Of a stretch of DNA of 64,000 nt, positions 61,317-64,000 are shown in pieces; positions within the stretch are counted from its first letter, which is position 1; every line of letters begins with the position of its first letter. The DNA comes from a virus. Its lineage: Duplodnaviria; Heunggongvirae; Uroviricota; Caudoviricetes. The stretch lies in IMG/VR virus record IMGVR_UViG_3300045988_004821; one strand, written 5' to 3'. The notes beneath the pieces were generated by a model. The model was given only the letters and a program-made list of their open reading frames with translations, was not told the DNA's origin and ran no database searches. The position numbers were made by a program, and so were the translations under genes.

Positions 61317-61803
61317 AGGATTTGGCAATTGCCCCACCTATGGTCATTGGGTATCTTTGTGTGGGGAAGTTGACCCCACTAAACATTTTGGCTTTGTCTA
61401 TTTAGTATACTGTAAGAAAACCGGACAATATTATATCGGAAAGAAACAGCTTAATAGTGTGACCAAAAGAAAAGTTGCTGGCAAGACTCGGAAGAAGGTA
61501 GTCACTAAGGAAAGTGATTGGATGACTTATGAGACTTCTTCTGAGTATATTAAAAAAGATATTGAGAGCTTTGGAAAAGAATTTTTTGACTTTTATATTA
61601 TTCAAACCTACCACACAAAAGGTGGTCTAGTTTATGGTGAAGCAAACCTTCAACATAAATTCGATGTAATGACAAAAAGGATTGACTCTAAGCTCAGACT
61701 CTTCTACAATGCCAATATTGCAGCAATTAAGTTTATTACTAAAGAAACTTATGAAGATGCTGAAAAAAGAATCCATAAGGTAATGAAAGCAAACTGTGCT
61801 TGA
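61306..61803 (+). CDS. GIY-YIG homing endonuclease-like protein
   Basis: GFVYLVYCKKTGQYYIGK matches the GIY-(10-11)-YIG motif; overlaps the 3' end of the FEN gene. Confidence 0.6.
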   Translation: MKIKGFGNCPTYGHWVSLCGEVDPTKHFGFVYLVYCKKTGQYYIGKKQLNSVTKRKVAGKTRKKVVTKESDWMTYETSSEYIKKDIESFGKEFFDFYIIQTYHTKGGLVYGEANLQHKFDVMTKRIDSKLRLFYNANIAAIKFITKETYEDAEKRIHKVMKANCA

Positions 61804-61809
61804 TAACTA

Positions 61810-62073
61810 TTGAGAGAGAATAAAATGTTTAACAAAAGTAAAGCTGTGAGTCATGTAGCAAAAGTTGACAGCAAGATTGAAGAACTTGAGCGCATTCTTG
61901 CAAATGCCAGAGAGTCAATAATTAAAGAGGTTGAAGCTGTTGAATCTCAAATGCAGCACCTAATGCTTAAACGTCAAGAGCTACGTGAGCATCTGGAATA
62001 TATTGAAACACGAGAGCTAAAGGTTAACAGATATTTTAAGGAGTCAGAATGTTTAACTCAAGAGAATCAGTAA
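61810..62073 (+). CDS. hypothetical coiled-coil protein (87 aa)
   Basis: Plus-strand ORF. Confidence 0.4.
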   Translation: MRENKMFNKSKAVSHVAKVDSKIEELERILANARESIIKEVEAVESQMQHLMLKRQELREHLEYIETRELKVNRYFKESECLTQENQ

Positions 62074-62804
62074 AAAACTGGAATCTTCGTTGTGGAAACA
62101 CTCAAAAGCAACCCTACAGCAATGAGTATTGGGAATCTTTGAAATCTCAATCTCTATGTATGCTTGAAGAAGCAAAAGAGCTTGTAAAAGCAATTGAAGA
62201 GAAAGACCCCATTGAGACACTGGATGCTCAGGCAGATTTGCAATATGTTCTTGACGGTTTGATTTACCTGTCACAACATGACCATAATGGTGCTATGGAA
62301 GCTGTTTGCCATAACAATGACCTAAAATACACAGACAACTATGAAGAAGCTTTAAAACGTCTTGCAGATATTGAGAAGCGTACTGGTCAAGAGTGTATCA
62401 TCAGAATGTCAGTAGTTGATGGCAAAGAATGGTATGCAATTGTTCGTGCAGCCGATGGGAAGATTATGAAGCAATCTAATCTCCCTAAAGTTCAGCTTGG
62501 TGAATACATTGTAGAACTTGAAAGCCAAGAACTTTTTGTGGTAGTATCTGAGACATGCGTTATCTGCAAAGGTATTGTATGTAGCTTAAAGGATTTGGGT
62601 GTAGATGGTTTTGTAGAAGTTAATCCAATTACCTCTAAAGCAGATAAAGATTTCTGTAAAGAGAATGGACTATGGATTGCAGATATTGTCTACTATGATG
62701 GTGAGCAGTTCCATGTAACCTCATACCCAAAACTGAATTATGATGCTAATAACCTGAAGTGCTGGTTAAAAGGGGTTGGTTATAATGGATTCACAGAACA
62801 TTAA
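62049..62804 (+). CDS. protein with MazG-like NTP pyrophosphohydrolase-type N-terminal region (251 aa)
   Basis: LEEAKELVKAIEEKD..LDAQADLQYVLDGL resembles the MazG EExxE..D helix pair. Confidence 0.4.
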   Translation: MFNSRESVKNWNLRCGNTQKQPYSNEYWESLKSQSLCMLEEAKELVKAIEEKDPIETLDAQADLQYVLDGLIYLSQHDHNGAMEAVCHNNDLKYTDNYEEALKRLADIEKRTGQECIIRMSVVDGKEWYAIVRAADGKIMKQSNLPKVQLGEYIVELESQELFVVVSETCVICKGIVCSLKDLGVDGFVEVNPITSKADKDFCKENGLWIADIVYYDGEQFHVTSYPKLNYDANNLKCWLKGVGYNGFTEH

Positions 62805-63108
62805 TAAAGAAGGTGTGGCTCAGAAGAGCCACTTCTCAAACTACAATATCTCTATGACGGTGTTTATGAATGACCCGTTACTTGAGAAGTATGGTGAGAC
62901 TCCAGATACACTTCTGGATAATGAACAAGTTTTAAAAGCAGTTCTGTACAAATACGGGATTGATATTGAGAAAGAGTATTCTTTTGAAATCTGTCAACAC
63001 AGGAATACTTTTGGTAAAGTTGTAATGGCTCCACTCTTCATGGGTGTAGAAAGAACTGACTATGGTTGGTTATATCTAAAAAGAAACTTGGAGAAATACC
63101 GTGTCTAA
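62776..63108 (+). CDS. hypothetical protein (110 aa)
   Basis: Plus-strand ORF. Confidence 0.4.
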   Translation: MVIMDSQNINKEGVAQKSHFSNYNISMTVFMNDPLLEKYGETPDTLLDNEQVLKAVLYKYGIDIEKEYSFEICQHRNTFGKVVMAPLFMGVERTDYGWLYLKRNLEKYRV

Positions 63109-63436
63109 AGCAAAAAAGCTATCTTATGATGACATTATCTCAGGTGCTAAATTAGGTGTTGATAGTATCGGACAAGATGTTAAGCACGGTGACACAGTTA
63201 TGTACTGTGACGACCGAAGAGGCAGAAGTGCAATCTTGTTTGGAAGAATTGTTTGCAAGATGCGAGGTAATTACGTTGTTGCAGACATGGATGTGAATGT
63301 CACACAAAAACTTGAAACAATTATGGATGCTAGTGCACCGTCATGGTTCCTGAATTGTATGCACACCTCTTCAGTCACAAAAGTAAGTGATAAGTTTTAC
63401 GATATGTGGCAGAATGAGCAAATTTTCAAGATTTAA
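63101..63436 (+). CDS. hypothetical protein (111 aa)
   Basis: Plus-strand ORF followed by terminator. Confidence 0.45.
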   Translation: MSKAKKLSYDDIISGAKLGVDSIGQDVKHGDTVMYCDDRRGRSAILFGRIVCKMRGNYVVADMDVNVTQKLETIMDASAPSWFLNCMHTSSVTKVSDKFYDMWQNEQIFKI

Positions 63437-63441
63437 ACTAG

Positions 63442-63464
63442 GGAGCCTCTTCGGAGGCTCTTTT
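63442..63464 (+). terminator. rho-independent terminator (GGAGCCTC-TTCG-GAGGCTC + TTTT)
   Basis: GC hairpin plus T-run between the 63436 stop and the nrdA start. Confidence 0.65.
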
Positions 63465-63482
63465 CATCTGTAGGATTCAAAA

Positions 63483-64000
63483 ATGATTAAGACAATTAAA
63501 AAATCAAACGGTACAGTAGTAAGCTTTGACCCAGAAAGACTGAATAAGTGGGCATCATGGGCAGACAAGCGTGGAATCATCTGGTCAGAAGTCACTATGG
63601 AAGCCATGAAACGTGTCTATGAAGGTTGCACCACAAAAGAGATGCACCAAGCCATGATTGATGTTTGTGTTGATAAACAAACTCAAGAGTACTCAGACAT
63701 GGCTGGACGGCTACTTCTGGGGATTATCTACAAAGAAGCCTTTGGAGGCTTTACTAAGGTTCCTACGCTGGTTACCTTCGTTAAAAATATGGAGAGAGCA
63801 GGACTTTGGGAGAAGATGGACTATTCTCAGGAAGAGCTTGAATATCTGCAAGGGTACATTGTGCACTCAAAAGATATCTCTTACGGCTATGCAGTGTTGA
63901 AACAGTTCAGAGATAAATATGGAATCCGTGATATTAAAACGGGAAGACTTTTTGAGTCACCACAATTTATGTTTATGGGTATGGCTATGAAAGCCTTCGA
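63483..64000 (+). CDS. nrdA: ribonucleotide reductase large subunit, 5' partial (continues past window end)
   Basis: N-terminal ATP-cone-like MIKTIKKSNGTVVSFDPERLNKWASWA; reading frame open to the window edge. Confidence 0.7.
   Translation, partial: MIKTIKKSNGTVVSFDPERLNKWASWADKRGIIWSEVTMEAMKRVYEGCTTKEMHQAMIDVCVDKQTQEYSDMAGRLLLGIIYKEAFGGFTKVPTLVTFVKNMERAGLWEKMDYSQEELEYLQGYIVHSKDISYGYAVLKQFRDKYGIRDIKTGRLFESPQFMFMGMAMKAF

Overview
This 64-kb window is a segment of a virulent, AT-rich tailed-phage genome with contractile-tail (myovirus) structural genes. The overall layout resembles Felix O1-like phages, but that is from memory of genome organisation, not from a search. Left to right: (1) six small plus-strand early ORFs (50-2754), five of them preceded by a conserved ~75-bp hairpin/leader cassette; (2) a 1.65-kb ORF-free region (2755-4400) packed with short motifs at about one helical turn spacing; (3) a minus-strand block of small genes (4401-12332) that includes a T4/GH24-type lysozyme and a protein with three Ig-like repeats; (4) a VWA-domain protein gene (13014-14429) immediately followed by a ~5-kb tRNA array (14595-19516) of about 27 tRNA or tRNA-like genes that by anticodon covers all 20 amino acids, interspersed with structured non-tRNA elements; (5) terminase, portal, S49 prohead protease, major capsid, sheath/tube, tape measure, baseplate and two His-box tail fibres (19961-42809); (6) a replication and nucleotide-metabolism block (43493-64000) with thymidylate synthase, DHFR, ATP-dependent DNA ligase, family-A DNA polymerase, dNMP-kinase-like protein, primase-helicase, flap endonuclease, a GIY-YIG endonuclease and the 5' end of nrdA. 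The most interesting candidate is a Ro60/TROVE-VWA-like protein gene next to stem-closed RNA elements in the tRNA array, one of which carries a circularly permuted tRNA-like module (a Y-RNA-like arrangement). All calls are from reading the sequence and ORF track; no database search or folding program was run.
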